This document shows positions 22,995 through 35,959 of a stretch of 64,000 nt of DNA, piece by piece. The first letter of the stretch is position 1; each line of letters opens with the position of its first letter. The position numbers were made by a program, and so were the translations under genes. The stretch comes from Phoronis australis (lineage: Eukaryota > Animalia > Phoronida): the NCBI GenBank assembly GCA_002633005.1, contig NMRA01000261.1, positions 310,001-374,000 on the forward strand, written 5' to 3'. Below the pieces are notes generated by a model. It was not told the DNA's origin. It did no database searches and saw only the letters and a list, made by a program, of their open reading frames with translations.

Positions 22995-24069
22995 CAAGAC
23001 ACGCACCACTTCATAGCGCCTAAGCTTGTGTGTTGAATCAATCTTATGAAAAAGCAGAGCGGAAAAATTTAATCACTGTGTACTCAAGCACAGAATAATA
23101 GACATTTACTTTGAGTTCGCATTAAAGTAGAACTGAAAATGTGAAAAAATGTTTTGAGTCTGATTTTGAGTACAAAGATTCGACCCCAGGCCAAGGCTTT
23201 TTGAAACTGCAAAAACCTTTGCGACATTTGCTGCAGTTTATTACTTTTATTTGGTTGATGTTTTTGCAATATTTAAGTCATTAATGAGATCCTTTATTCA
23301 GTTAGGACCTACATCCATGACTATCAAAATGATAAGGTGATGGGCACAAACATGCAAATGTTGCATGTTAGAATTGGCAAAATGACATTCTCTTAGAAAG
23401 CAATTTATAAAACTCCCTTTACCAGGTATTGTGAAAAATATGAATTTCATCTAGGGCAAAAAGTATCAGTAAAATAAACATGCACTTCATAGTAACCCTC
23501 CAGTGCAGGAGACATGCAAATATTCCCAAAACGCTATTTCTAAAAATTTAGTTACTCGCGCTTTCGGTACTAAATACGAAAACTATCTTTTCAACATCGG
23601 CTGATAGTTATTGACATCAACAAAAATATTGCAAGACAAGCAAAGCAGCAATCATCTGGAACATATTTGCATGCAAAACTGAAAGCCAAATATCACCAAA
23701 AATTGGCAACATTCCTTTAACAAGTAATTACCATCTAAGAGTTCTGTCGCCTGGACCTTTAATTTAACTGCAGCAATTCATAGCAACATTCCAACTGTTG
23801 TAATTTAAGGATATACAATATTTTGACCTGCTTTGTTTGACATAGAGACAACACAACAGTAATAACACTTTCGCAATGGCCATGAAAGGTTTGAGCTAGA
23901 GAAACGTACCGTGTCATTCAAAATATTTAATAAGTAGTTCTATTACTAAAATTGAGAGCAAATAAATTCCTTTAGTGTGCTTTTTTGTTCCCAAGATAAA
24001 GATGGCGGATAAGTCATGATCTCAAAAATGACTCCTCAATCAATCTTGTACACTCGTTGAAGGAAAAGC

Positions 24070-24432
24070 AAGACCTGTGTAAGATAAGTCCCCCGTAGTG
24101 GACAAGCCCTGAGTAAGATAAGCTCCCCCCCATTGTGTACAAGTCCTGTGTAAGATAAGTCCCCCTTTAAATACAAGTCCTGTGTTTAAGTCCACCTATT
24201 GTGTACAAATCCTGCTTTAATTAATTCAACTGTTGTGTACAAGTCCTGAGTAATATAAGTCCTGGCTTGTGTACAAGTCCTATAAGTCCCTGTTGTGTGC
24301 AAGTCCTATGTAAGATAAGTCCCACATTGTGTGCAGTTTGTGTAAGATAAGTCCCCTCTTGTGTACAAGTCCTCATTCTAAGTAAAATAATTCCCCTTTG
24401 TGTACAAGTCCTGTGTAAGATAAGTCTCCCCC
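24070..24432. repeat. ~34-bp minisatellite (TTGTGTACAAGTCCTGTGTAAGATAAGTCCCC)
   Basis: About 10 diverged tandem units. Confidence 0.9.
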
Positions 24433-25054
24433 AACTGTTTTGGAGAATGATGCATAAAGCATAGTATCTGAAAATTTCATGTAAGTATGACCAACCATTT
24501 CTGAGATATGATGTTCTGAAGATAGACAAATCTGGACATTTTTCTATGCTCCGAGGGTTATAAAGATTTCAGAAGAAACCAACATACCCCCTCATCTCCA
24601 AAGTATATTTTTACTTAAAAACAAATACCTGGGCTGACCTGCATAAAACTTCACAATTATCCGCTGGATAAGTATGATTATAATTGTTACATGACGCACA
24701 TTGTTCAACAATAACAACATGATGCGTGATAACATGACGTCATTGTTGCTATGCAACGTATAACTGGGCCCTGGTGCACAAAACACAAAAATCCAGCTGA
24801 GAACAAAAATCCATGAGCATGATGTTTTTCAGAAACTGTATGTTGTACACAGAAAGATAAATTTAGCTCTTTCCTTCATCAGAGTTTCAGAAAAGTATAA
24901 TTTATGACTATTCACTGTTCAGAGTGGGATTGCACAAGGGGTTTGTTTTAGATGCCACAACACTAAGACATCAGAAGAATTCCATGCATGTTATTGCAAC
25001 CAATTTCAATTAAATAAAAGAATAAGTTGTTTTTGGTCACCAGGACATGAGGTT

Positions 25055-25387
25055 TACATTGGCTTCATGATAGCCAGAATACATTGGCTTTATGATAACC
25101 AGAATACATGGTATACATTGGCTTCATGATAACCAGAATACATGATATACATTGGCTTCATGATAACCAGAATAAATGGTATACATTGGCTTCATGATAA
25201 CCAGAATACATGGTATACATTGGCTTCATGATAACCAGAATACATGGTATACATTGGCTTCATGATAGCCAGAATACATGGTATACATTGGCTTCATGAT
25301 AACCAGAATACATGGTATACATTGGCTTCATGATAGCCAGAATACATGGTATACATTGGCTTCATGATAACCAGAATACATGGTATA
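25055..25387. repeat. 34-bp minisatellite (TACATTGGCTTCATGATAACCAGAATACATGGTA)
   Basis: About 10 near-identical tandem units without spacers. Confidence 0.95.
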
Positions 25388-25558
25388 AAGCAGCTTTATG
25401 AGAACTCAACGTCATTATTAGAAATATTTTGTATTGCATTACTATCATAAACATTGTGATAAACTGTTGATTTGTAATTAGAAACAGCAAAATAATTTTT
25501 ACGGAAGTAACCATCACTGCATGATGTAAAATTATGCAAAATCCTGTTATGGTGATAT

Positions 25559-25750
25559 TGCTGTGCGTGAACTCAAATCCTGTTTAATCTCAAGATCACG
25601 TATGCGTGAACTTGCAACTGATGAGGAAACTTGACAAGTTCACTCAAATAATCATGTTCAAGTTGATAAAAATTTGGATTGCACTATTTTTTCAAATGTC
25701 AATAATATAACATAAATTTTAGTTAATCCATTTTCAACTATTGGCAATCT
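25559..25750 (+). mobile_element. Truncated left end of the MITE family at 29180-30132
   Basis: tgctgtgcgtgaac...atctcaagatcacgtatgcgtgaactt...gacaagttcact matches 29180-29365. Confidence 0.7.
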
Positions 25751-26695
25751 CTTTTACCAAACTCATACTCGTCCGGGTTACCCTGGGCGGTAAGCCGAGC
25801 ATGGGCAGTTAAAATCGAAATTTTTGAAAAGTCGGGAGTGGGTGCTTACTGCACAAAGAACCAATTTTAACCTAACAGAGCTACACTGATGTCGGACTTC
25901 AAGCATGTCAGTTAAAATATACGTGGGCGAATTGAAGTAACGCACTTTGACGGGCTGAAGTGGAATAGCGCACACGATACAGAGGCGCCGTGATCCCGAG
26001 CATGGTTGAGTTTCTACGTACCTCGGTCGCTGCTCGTCATGTCTTGGAACTGAGGTATTCTTACAGATAGACGTGCCTTGAATGACCAATGACAAAAAAG
26101 GAAAATTTCTAGGTGATGTCTTGTTCCACAAATAAATAGGTTTGCTTGATAGAAACATTTGTGTGTAACAAAATTTAACTGAAATAAACAGTTTTTGCAA
26201 GAATAAAATCAAACTAATGATAAAAAAGAGACAAAAGCTAGGAAACTGGACATCCAAAAAAGAGGAAATCAAAACCAAAAATAGGAAATCCTCTTAAAAT
26301 ATGAAAATTCCAAACCCTGATGAATATTTCATAATGAGTGACTTTCCTTCAGGACTGGTAACTGCCGTAACCTCGCTGGTTCAACAGAGAGGATGACCAT
26401 CACTGGCTTCACACACTTTTGCAAAAATAAAAGCAAAAGAAAAACACATTCACATAAGAAAATCGCAAATTTTTATAAAAAAGCTCCGAACAAATTGTTG
26501 AAGCCATGTGGTCTGGGATAAAATCAGTGTAATTCTCAGTTGAACTTTGGGCATTTCATAATGATTCATGCTTCATTGTCGCTGATTTTGTGTCTTTATT
26601 GCAATTATTCGGTGTCAGGTATGGGACTGTTGTTAAAGACCGTTTTGAAAAAATAATTGCTTGGGCAGCACACCATGTCTTGATGCATTGAATTT

Positions 26696-28121
26696 CATGC
26701 CGTGAATAATACGCTTACACGAAAGTCACGTGCTTCTAAAGATATGCGTGACTTTTCACCGCTCCTCCTTCTGAGCAGCTTTTACCAGGATCAAAGACAA
26801 AGTGGCGCCGGAGTCGGATTCAGTTGCGACGACCGACCGCATTGTCCGGTGCAAGCAAGACCCAATTAAGTGTAATTACCCGACCATAAACCATAGTAAA
26901 CATCTCTGCCTGCATATACTGGTGAATTTTCAAAATGCATTAACCAACAATTTTCGTTAAAAACAAATACCACAGCTGTATTCAGATGGAAAAACAACCA
27001 AGTTTTTAAAAAACTATGAGCTATTGAGCTAAAATCTACAAACATTGGGTACAATTGAAGATAAACAACTGTGCGTATTGATATTACTCGGTGATTTACA
27101 AACGCTGATCACAGTTAACAATATCACATGGATTATTCTATTAATATATAACTAAGTTACATTGAAACATCTATAAACAACACACAGTGACTAAATTAGA
27201 TGTCAATAACTTTTAAAACATTGCTTATGGTCCAGTGCATGCCGAACTACTTTATTCGAGGAGTAGTACACTAACCAGAAAACTGCTATTCACGGAAATG
27301 CGCCAATTTCGATAGTTACCTTGTAGTTGTAATGGAACACCTGTGAAGACAACTAAGATGGGTAGCTTTGTAGTCAACGAGAGAGTGCAAGCAGTGGATG
27401 AGGTTGGTCGGTGGGCAAGAGCAGTGATATTATTTTTATGACTGAGAAAAAGCTAGAATAGTTATGTAGTTATTGCAATCAAAATTGTCCAGAGGTTAAA
27501 ATCTTAAGTTTGGCTATCAACATATTTGCACTAATACATATATTTTATGATTTGAGTTCTAATACAGACTGAACTTGAACTAATGGCACATGTAGTTTTG
27601 TTTGCTGTGACATGTTTGATGGAGCTGTAATCTGGAAAATTCAGGGATGTGTTCACGATTAACTAACTTTTAAGTAAAAGTTGTTTTGATACTTCGGTTA
27701 AACACAAAATAAAAAAGATAGCAACCCTAATCCGTAAAAAAAAAACAAGTAGACAGGAGTATTAAATTAAACTAATGAAAACAGGTATGAAACATGTTTA
27801 AAAACAACGTTCCTTTGGGAAGTCGCCCTTTGTCAAGATCAACACAAATTGACTTTTAGTCTTTTTGTAATATTTATAATGTACCAAGTTAGAACTGCTC
27901 TCCACATTGCAGGCTTTAACTCTGTGCAAATGACAGAGAAAAACAATTTGGGTGTAATAACGACCACCATTGTTAAGAAAGTAGTGCTAGCTATTACCTT
28001 TCCACTTCATTAGCTCAGATCTACATCAATACAAATACCCAGCTGAACAGGCTTCATAAAAGTTGTCTGGGGCTTAGGGAATCAGAGGGGTGACCAGTGT
28101 AAGTGAGAAATTCTTCACATG
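26696..28121 (+). repeat. ~1.4-kb direct repeat, copy 2 (upstream of the nuclear receptor start codon)
   Basis: Colinear with 19684-21075. Confidence 0.9.
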
Positions 28122-28593
28122 TGAATTTTGAGTTTTGTTGTGTGACACATTGTTACACTTACAACACATCAGTGCACCCACCGGCTCTGCAGGTCTTGTG
28201 CAGGCAAAGCATGTGACAGCTCGCTTGCCAATTTTCCTGGCCAGCTGTAGTTGCACTTTGATCCGTCAAATGAAAAAAACAGTTTGTGAATCCTGTTCAT
28301 CGTCAGCATTCCTGTCCTGGTATGGGACAAAAGGAGCATCATTCTGTTTTCGGTGTATTTCAGAGATTTGTCTGCTGTTCAGTCTCTCAGAAAAGGTGCA
28401 TTTCAATGTTCCTGTTTCGATTATATACGCCTTGTTTATGGCGGGTTTGAAAACGTGGTTCTCTGCTACTAGTTGTGCCGATTAGTACAACTGTAGGGCC
28501 CGACAGTGTTCTTACCAGTAAGACACAACAAAGCTGAAGGCGAGTCGATAACCTGACGAAGCGGAACCAGGGTTTGGGTTTTATAAGTGCATG

Positions 28594-28691
28594 GTGGGTC
28601 GAAGGGGTTGTGGATCGAGGGGGTTGTGGGTTGAGGGGGTTGAGGGGGTCGTGGGGGTCATGGGTCAAGAGGTGTGGGGGTCGAGGGGGTT
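28594..28691 (+). repeat. G-rich low-complexity tandem (GGGGTCGTGG/GGGGTTGAG units)
   Basis: More than ten G-runs in ~100 bp. Confidence 0.8.
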
Positions 28692-29179
28692 TTAGAACAA
28701 TCCGCTTGGTTCTCGAAGACTAAATTAGGCCCTTTTAGGGACGCCATATCTGAGCAGTGCCCCATGATTTTTGAATATTAAACTTTTTGTTGGCCACAGT
28801 TTAGTAGTATACATACCATCCAAAAAATCTCTTGGCACCGACAACTTTCTCCTCACCAGGGTTCCAGTGAGCGATGATCCTGTGCCATGGCATAGGTATA
28901 GCCAGCTTGACCCACAGAACACAGTCACTAGCTGACAGAGTGAGACTCGGATATCAATCGAGCCAGTCGAGGCTAAGGACTACGTGCAGCCTAAGCCAGT
29001 CCATGTGATTCCAAGTTTAAGCACAACTCTCTACAAGTTCAGGATTTGCCAGGCCCTGATCTGACAAACAGCAAGTATGGATTGGTGCACAGAATCACGA
29101 ACAACACACTACAGACTTGACCTATCAATCAAAAGTCTCAACGCCATCTGGTGAAAGAAATCGATAACGGCCAGGCAAC

Positions 29180-30132
29180 TGCTATGCGTGAACTTAAAAT
29201 CCTGCTAATCTCAAGATCGCGTATGCGTGAACTTGGATTACACTAGGAAACTTTGACAAGTTCACTGAAATAATCACGTTCACGTTGATAAAAATTAGCA
29301 CTGCACTAAATCAAATTACATGCCAATAAATTAGTGTAAACTTTAACTACCTTTCTTCAACTAGGCGATCCGTTGTTCACCCACCACAGTGACGGCGGCG
29401 TTTTCACGTTGCTCCCACTAACTTGTTCGATTCTACAGCCCAACAACAAGTTGGGAAGTTTACCCCTGTAGCCAATATCTTACAGACTGATTAACTCCAT
29501 CCCGGCATTTATGGTTGGAGAGCCAGCTCTCTTTTGTTCGATAATTGCTCTAATCTCCAATAAGATCGTATCTCACCATGACTGGGCTGTGCTGTTAAAA
29601 ATGAAAGTTAAGTTATAACATATTTGAACATAAACCAATAGCATTTCCGAAATCTTCGTCAAATGATGATCATGTTCAGTTTTTGAATCGCTTAAATCGC
29701 CCAACTGCAGCCGAAGTTTCGACAATCTGTTATTTTCGAATGTTCCTATGGTCTGGGTTTGACTTTGTTCACTTTGGTCTGTAATAAGCCTGGTAGGTAA
29801 TCGGCGTGCCTGTTGTCATAACAGGCAAAAGGCTGTGCTTCTCAGTTAACAAAGAAGCTAGATGTTATCACACGTTCAGAACCCCCACGTCTGGTAAAGT
29901 CACTGAACGGGAAAACGCTGTCATGGCTGTCATGATTTGATTTAACCATTCACTTATTCCTTCGATTTTGTCCCATGTTACGGTAAAGGATAAAATGTTT
30001 GGACGCGAGGCCAATAATTACGAAAATTATTTACACTGTACAAAAAATCCTGATCACCTTAATGAATATTCAGTTCAAAATTCACGCATACGCGATCTTG
30101 AGATCAGCAGGATTCCAAGTTTACGCACAGGA
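29180..30132. mobile_element. Non-autonomous DNA transposon with ~55-bp TIRs and 4-bp TSD
   Basis: Left tgctatgcgtgaacttaaaatcctgctaatctcaagatcgcgtatgcgtgaa; right is its near reverse complement ending cgcacagga; CAAC at 29176-29179 and 30133-30136. Confidence 0.8.
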
Positions 30133-30178
30133 CAACATCGTCGGACATCAGTGCCCTAGCCTACGGTCCCGGGCACAG

Positions 30179-31106
30179 GGGCCTGTTCCAAGAAAACTGA
30201 CTTAGCTAACACAAATCTTAAATTTAGCCAGTTTCAAGATAAAACTTCAATTTGTTCTAAGTCCATTCCAAGAAAGTAACCTTACGTTTGACTTTATTTT
30301 TTTACTCAGTTAAGTTTTGTCTTAAGTTCGACTAACTTTAATACCGGACTCTAACAACGTGAGTTTCAAAGTTTGGAAGTTGAGACAAATCTTAAGGCTT
30401 CACAGATAACTTAAGTTCATTTTCACTTAAAAGTGAACCTTGTTTACCAAGTTGTACTTATATGCCAATATCTTAAATTCTGTTTGATCTAACTCCTACA
30501 AAGTATTTTAAATGGTGAATAAATTTCCTAACAAAATTTACTATTTTATTTACTTATCTTTATTTTATCACGATTAGTAATTTTTTTGACTTTGAACAAA
30601 GATTTTAAAAGTATTGTTCCTCCAATCATAGGCCTATTCGTCTTTTCTCAACATGTTGATAACGGCAGTTTTGAGGGTACCGTGTCTCAGATTTTTGAAA
30701 TAGGTCTTAGTTTTTCAGAACGAAGCCTTCAAAAATCAAGAGTACAGCCGTTTTTACTCAAAATGCTCTAAAAAGTCGATAATCATACAACTAAGAGACC
30801 TATTTCAAAAATCTGAGGCACGGTTCCCTCGAAAATGCTGTTGACAAAAACAATATGATTGGAGGAACAACATTTTTAAAATCTCTGTTCAAAGTCAAAA
30901 CAAATTTTTCACTAAAAACACATATCTCGTGAAAAAATAAATACAAGTAAATAAGAATATAAATTTTGTTAGAAAATTTACTCACCTTTCAGAAAATATA
31001 TACTTTGTGGGGGTTAGAGCTAAAAGAATTTAAGATATTTGCACATAAGTACAGTCTGGTAAACAAGGTTCACAGTTTCCTTAAGTCAGTGTCTTGGAAC
31101 GGGCCA
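30179..31106. mobile_element. Harbinger-like MITE (GGGCCYGTTCCAAGA TIR, CWG flanks) interrupted by a nested foldback element
   Basis: gggcctgttccaagaaaactgac ... gtcagtgtcttggaacgggcca; body matches the inverted copy at ~35671-35903. Confidence 0.7.
30433..31073. mobile_element. Foldback MITE with ~280-bp inverted arms
   Basis: 30433-30712 is the diverged reverse complement of ~30790-31073 (gtgaaccttgtttacca... / ...tggtaaacaaggttcac). Confidence 0.8.
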
Positions 31107-32184
31107 CTGAATTGTAAACTCGTTTTTAGTTTAAATTGCGATATTTGGACTTCAGACACGACACACAAAAACAATAGCAATCTTACCTGCTTCAATTGCT
31201 ACATAGACCTAAAGGCTTGTTACAGTCATGCCGCCTGATCTGCTAATGATGCGCGGTTTCAAGTGATTTAAGCCCAGAGAACATTTAGACACGGACCCAT
31301 CAGTGACGTCAATGTGTGAACCCTGTAGGTGTATGAAGGCTAGCTGTTATGTTTGATATCCATAACTGTCACTGAACGAAATAATCCGTTGATCAGCAAC
31401 GTGAACATTGAATTGGCCTACAATATCGAGGCTAGGAACATCTTCTGATGCACGCCGGTCACTAACCACGGTAAGCATTGCGATAGGCCGTTTGATCTTT
31501 GGCGCCGTTCATAAATACGGAATTACAACGGAGTAACTGACTCACATTGGCACAGCCTTCAGTCCGTGTTTTGATAAATTGCGGCTCAGCTTCACACAAA
31601 TTTCTGGCTTTGTGCATTTCTCATCAAGTATGTCTAATTTACTCACGTAATTACGAACGAAGTTGGTACCATGAGATACAATTTAGAGTGGTATGCGGAT
31701 AAGAAGTACTTTTTTCTGTCGGATCGGGCCAGGTCACATGCTCCCCAATAATTTGCAGTGGTCAGTGTGAAACAGTTGCGTCCAACGTAAGCGTAGGGCT
31801 GGGGGTAGGTGGTAGTCGAAACACTGTAGAACAGAAAACATTTATAGGAATATTTGTCAATTTGGCCAGGACATGACAGTGAGGACCGGGACATTTTTTG
31901 TAGCATAAAAGACCTAAAGGTACTGGAAAACCTATATGTTTATGTATAATAACTGTTAAGAAAAAGTTCGAGAAAAGATTGCTAAGTTCAAGACAACACG
32001 AAAATCGAAACCAGAAGCAGAACTGGTTTACTCCAGGACTTCCTCTCTTGCAAGTGGAATGGAGTCGTCTGTCACTCTTTAACATTTGTCTATTCGAAAT
32101 TGTCTATCACTTGATATAAATTTGGAACAGGCAGAGAGGGGACCTGGTAATACCAGCAATTGCTGCTCATTTCTTCATCATACG

Positions 32185-33370
32185 ATGTCTTTACTAAACT
32201 CAAGTTATAAGTTATTATCAGCATATATTGCACAAAGGATAAAAACTGTTGTGAATGTATTAATTCATCCCAATCAAACTGGGTTTCTCCCTGGTCGTTT
32301 TATCAGAGAGAACACCAGAGTGAATTATGATATCTTACAACATACTCAAGTCAAGGATATTTCCATACTTCTGGTGTCAATTGATCCCGAAAAAACGTTC
32401 GATTCTATGTCCTGGGGATTTCTTAAGAAAGCTCTACACTATTTCAATTTTGGTCACGATATTATTCGTTGGTTCACAATACTCAATGAAAGTTATGGCA
32501 TCTATGCTGAGAAAATGCAAGAATGTTCAAGACTTTTTGAAGTACAAATTAATGCAATATACAGGTGACACGGTCCTCTCTATAGACGGTTCAGAGACCT
32601 CTTTAAAATCATCACTGGACCTTCTCAATCAGTTTGCTAAGTATTCTGTTTTGACTCCGGTAATATTGATAAAACTGTTTGTGTATGGATTGGTTCCAAG
32701 TTGTGCTGTCGTGATAAACTTTGTTGTGAAAAAGATTTAAAATGGGCAAGTTCCCAGTTCACATCTCTTGGAATTACCTTTTCTGTCAACTTACATGACA
32801 TAATTCATTTAAACTACGATGCAAAATTGAACAAGGTTAGAAATCCACGTGGTTCATTATCCTTAGGAATCAAAGTAATGACACTTGACCTAAAGTGGTA
32901 GGGAGACGGTCTCTTCGAAAACTCTAAATTAAACGATTTGATAAAAAATTGCGATATCTCTTACCAAAAACTTGTAAAACTCTACAGGAAAAACGTCAGT
33001 TCCCGGAGTTTTGTCGTTTTTCATACATTTAAAGACAACAGCTGCTTCACTACACGTTATTAATCCCTCGAGTTTTTNTAATGCAATATACAGGTGACAC
33101 GGTCCTCTCTATAGACGGTTCAGAGACCTCTTTAAAATCATCACTGGACCTTCTCAATCAGTTTGCTAAGTATTCTGTTTTGACTCCGGTAATATTGATA
33201 AAACTGTTTGTGTATGGATTGGTTCCAAGTTGTGCTGTCGTGATAAACTTTGTTGTGAAAAAGATTTAAAATGGGCAAGTTCCCAGTTCACATCTCTTGG
33301 AATTACCTTTTCTGTCAACTTACATGACATAATTCATTTAAGCTACGATGCAAAATTGAACAAGGTTAGA
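32185..33370 (+). mobile_element. Decayed LINE (L1/Tx1-type) reverse-transcriptase fragment; partly duplicated across N33078
   Basis: SLLNSSYKLLS...IHPNQTGFLPGRFIREN...SIDPEKTFDSMSWGFL, QYTGDT (YADD-box relic), LGITFS...NYDAKLNKV; contains frameshifts and deletions. Confidence 0.9.
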
Positions 33371-33606
33371 AATCCACGTGGTTCATTATCCTTAGGAATC
33401 AAAGTAATGACACTTGACCTAAAGTGGTAGGGAGACGGTCTCTTCGAAAACTCTAAATTAAAAGATTTGATAAAAAATTGCGATATCTCTTACCAAAAAC
33501 TTGTAAAACTCTACAGGAAAAACGCCAGTTCCCGGAGTTTTGTCGTTTTTCATACATTTAAAGACAGCAGCTGCTTCACTACACGTTATTAATCCCTCGA
33601 GTTTTT
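32550..33606. repeat. 528-bp tandem duplication separated by a single N (probable assembly or haplotype overlap)
   Basis: 32550-33077 vs 33079-33606 differ by only a few substitutions. Confidence 0.85.
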
Positions 33607-34100
33607 CTTTAACGTCAGCGCCTAGTTTCGGTATACTTTCTAGAGACAACAGGTCATTTTCTTTGGCTGCATATAAATTTCCATACAATTTTCAGTAGCA
33701 CACAGTATATCTTTTTGGTTTGTCAAGCTTCGTCGGGCCTCGTCTACAAGTTTGTGAAATTTTTGTTAATGTAATTGCGTTTTTCTAAGTTACTGAAATA
33801 TTTGGACGATTTTTCACCATATTCGACCCATTTTGCCCGAGATCTCGCCATCATGGCCTTCATTTTGCCTTTTCTAATTTCCTCGTAATCTTTCTGCATA
33901 TCCGAATAAATTTCAAGGAGCAGAGCAGAATTATTGTTGCACATCATTTCACTAAAAAGACTTTTGCTCCTCTAAATTATTTTTATGTCGACATTTTTCC
34001 TGAAAGCTGAATAAGACAAAGTGTATTTTTTTATTATTCAATAGAATCATGTCAAGAAGAAGAGAATCGTCTGACAAGTATGAGTCGATATCAGGAGCTA
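33372..34100 (-). mobile_element. Decayed LINE ORF2 fragment upstream of the RT domain, opposite orientation
   Basis: RSRAKWVEYGEKSSKYFSNLEKRN, MKNDKTPGTGVFPVEFYKF, SVITLIPKD motifs on - strand. Confidence 0.85.
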
Positions 34101-34567
34101 AACGTTCCGTCTTGGAAAAAGTCCACTAGACGCGCTTGCTTGAACCAAGTGCAGTCCCTTGTAGTTGGATTACGTGATTAAATGAGCTATCAGACTGATC
34201 ACTTTGTTTTCTCGCAACCGCGATTCTCTTGTTCCGGCCCATGAAAACATCACATCACCACTGGATCCTAATAATAGAAACTTCTGATAAAAAAAGAAAT
34301 GAGTTTCTAAGCTCAAGTCCATTCGCCAACTCGGCGAATGCTTTTGCAGCTTGACAATAAAAATTAAATCCGGGAAACCTACTCCCGTGTCGTCTCACAG
34401 TCAACTCGAATGAAGTGGCGCCGCAAATGACATTCTTACTTCGATTCCAAGTCCTAAAATAGCAAGCGAATGTTCTATTTCATGTCCGTCACTCCCCCTG
34501 AAACCAAATTGACTGTTTTACCGCAACAAAATGTTCAACTGTGTAGGGGGGGGGGGGGAAGATCTCN

Positions 34568-35959
34568 TGCCGTAACCCGGGGGGAGGGGAGTCCCTACCA
34601 ATTTTTTTTTAATGAAATCAGTACCCATGTGACCGGCATACCCCGCCGCAACCCGGGGATAGGGAGAAAGTGTTTGAATATTAATTTTTGAAAAAGGCTA
34701 TAAGTGTTCAAGATGTTTTAGCCATTTTGGCTAATACCTTTAAAAGTCTAGCGCGAGCCTAGAATTTCTTGCAAACACCTGAATAGATACTACACCCTTC
34801 TGTCTCAAAAATTCAAAGAATCCTTTCTCTTAGCCCTTTGCAGTTTAAAGTTAAGATACCAACCAAATTTAGACGAAAGACACGACCATTCGGGTCCACA
34901 CTTAAAATACTGGGGCCCGCTCCAAGAAACTGATTTAAGTTCATTTTTACTTAAGTCTAACATTTGGCTCAACTTCCGAACTTTGAAACTTCGCCATCCA
35001 GTAAGATAGTCAAAATTAAGACAAAACTTAAATTAAAAATTTAAGTCAAACTTGAGTACTCTTTCTTGAAACAGACTTGAGACAATTTTAATTTTTGTTT
35101 TAAAATTGACGGAAATTTAAGATTTGTTTTAGCAAAGTCAGTTTCAGTGGCGGATCTAGGATACCATAAAGGGGGGCCCAACATGTTGCCTCGGGGAATT
35201 NCAGGACTATTTTGGTGGCGCCCGAAAGAAAGCAAGGTAAGGTATAGTAGATGTCACGATTTAGCTTTATAATGTTTATGTTTTTTTACCTTGCTCATCA
35301 AAATGTCTACGAGGCAGACGTATCCCTGCCGTAACCCGGGGGGAGGGGAGTCCCTACCAATTTTTTTTTAATGAAATCAGTACCCATGTGACCGGCATAC
35401 CCCGCCGCAACCCGGGGATAGGGAGAAAGTGTTTGAATATTAATTTTTGAAAAAGGCTAGAAGTGTTCAAGATGTTTTAGCCATTTTGGCTAATACCTTT
35501 AAAAGTCTAGCGCGAGCCTAGAATTTCTTGCAAACACCTGAATAGATACTACACCCTTCTGTCTCAAAAATTCAAAGAATCCTTTCTCTTAGCCCTTCGC
35601 AGTTTAAAGTTAAGATACCAACCAAATTTAGACGAAAGACACGACCATTCGGGTCCACACTTAAAATACTGGGGCCCGTTCCAAGAAACTGATTTAAGTT
35701 CATTTTTACTTAAGTCTAACATTTGGCTCAACTTCCGAACTTTGAAACTTCGCCATCCAGTAAGATAGTCAAAATTAAGACAAAACTTAAATTAAAAATT
35801 TAAGTCAAACTTGAGTACTCTTTCTTGAAACAGACTTGAGACAATTTTAATTTTTGTTTTAAAATTGACGGAAATTTAAGATTTGTTTTAGCAAAGTCAG
35901 TTTCAGTGGCGGATCTAGGATACCATAAAGGGGGGCCCAACATGTTGCCTCGGGGAATT
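34568..35959. repeat. 633-bp duplication bounded by Ns (probable assembly artefact)
   Basis: 34568-35200 (N at 34567 and 35201) vs 35327-35959 are nearly identical. Confidence 0.85.

Noticed and set aside
25055-25387. 34-bp repeats resembling a CRISPR array
   Set aside because: Units are head-to-tail with no unique spacers, there are no cas genes, and the context is eukaryotic
25778-26278. 166-aa ORF
   Set aside because: Spans two adjacent repeat fragments; no splice or domain support
32550-33606. Tandem duplication within the LINE as a biological event
   Set aside because: Near-identical copies joined by a single N, typical of unmerged contig or haplotype overlap
34568-35959. 633-bp direct repeats as LTRs
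   Set aside because: The first copy is bounded by Ns, with no TG..CA/PBS/PPT or internal coding; likely an assembly artefact
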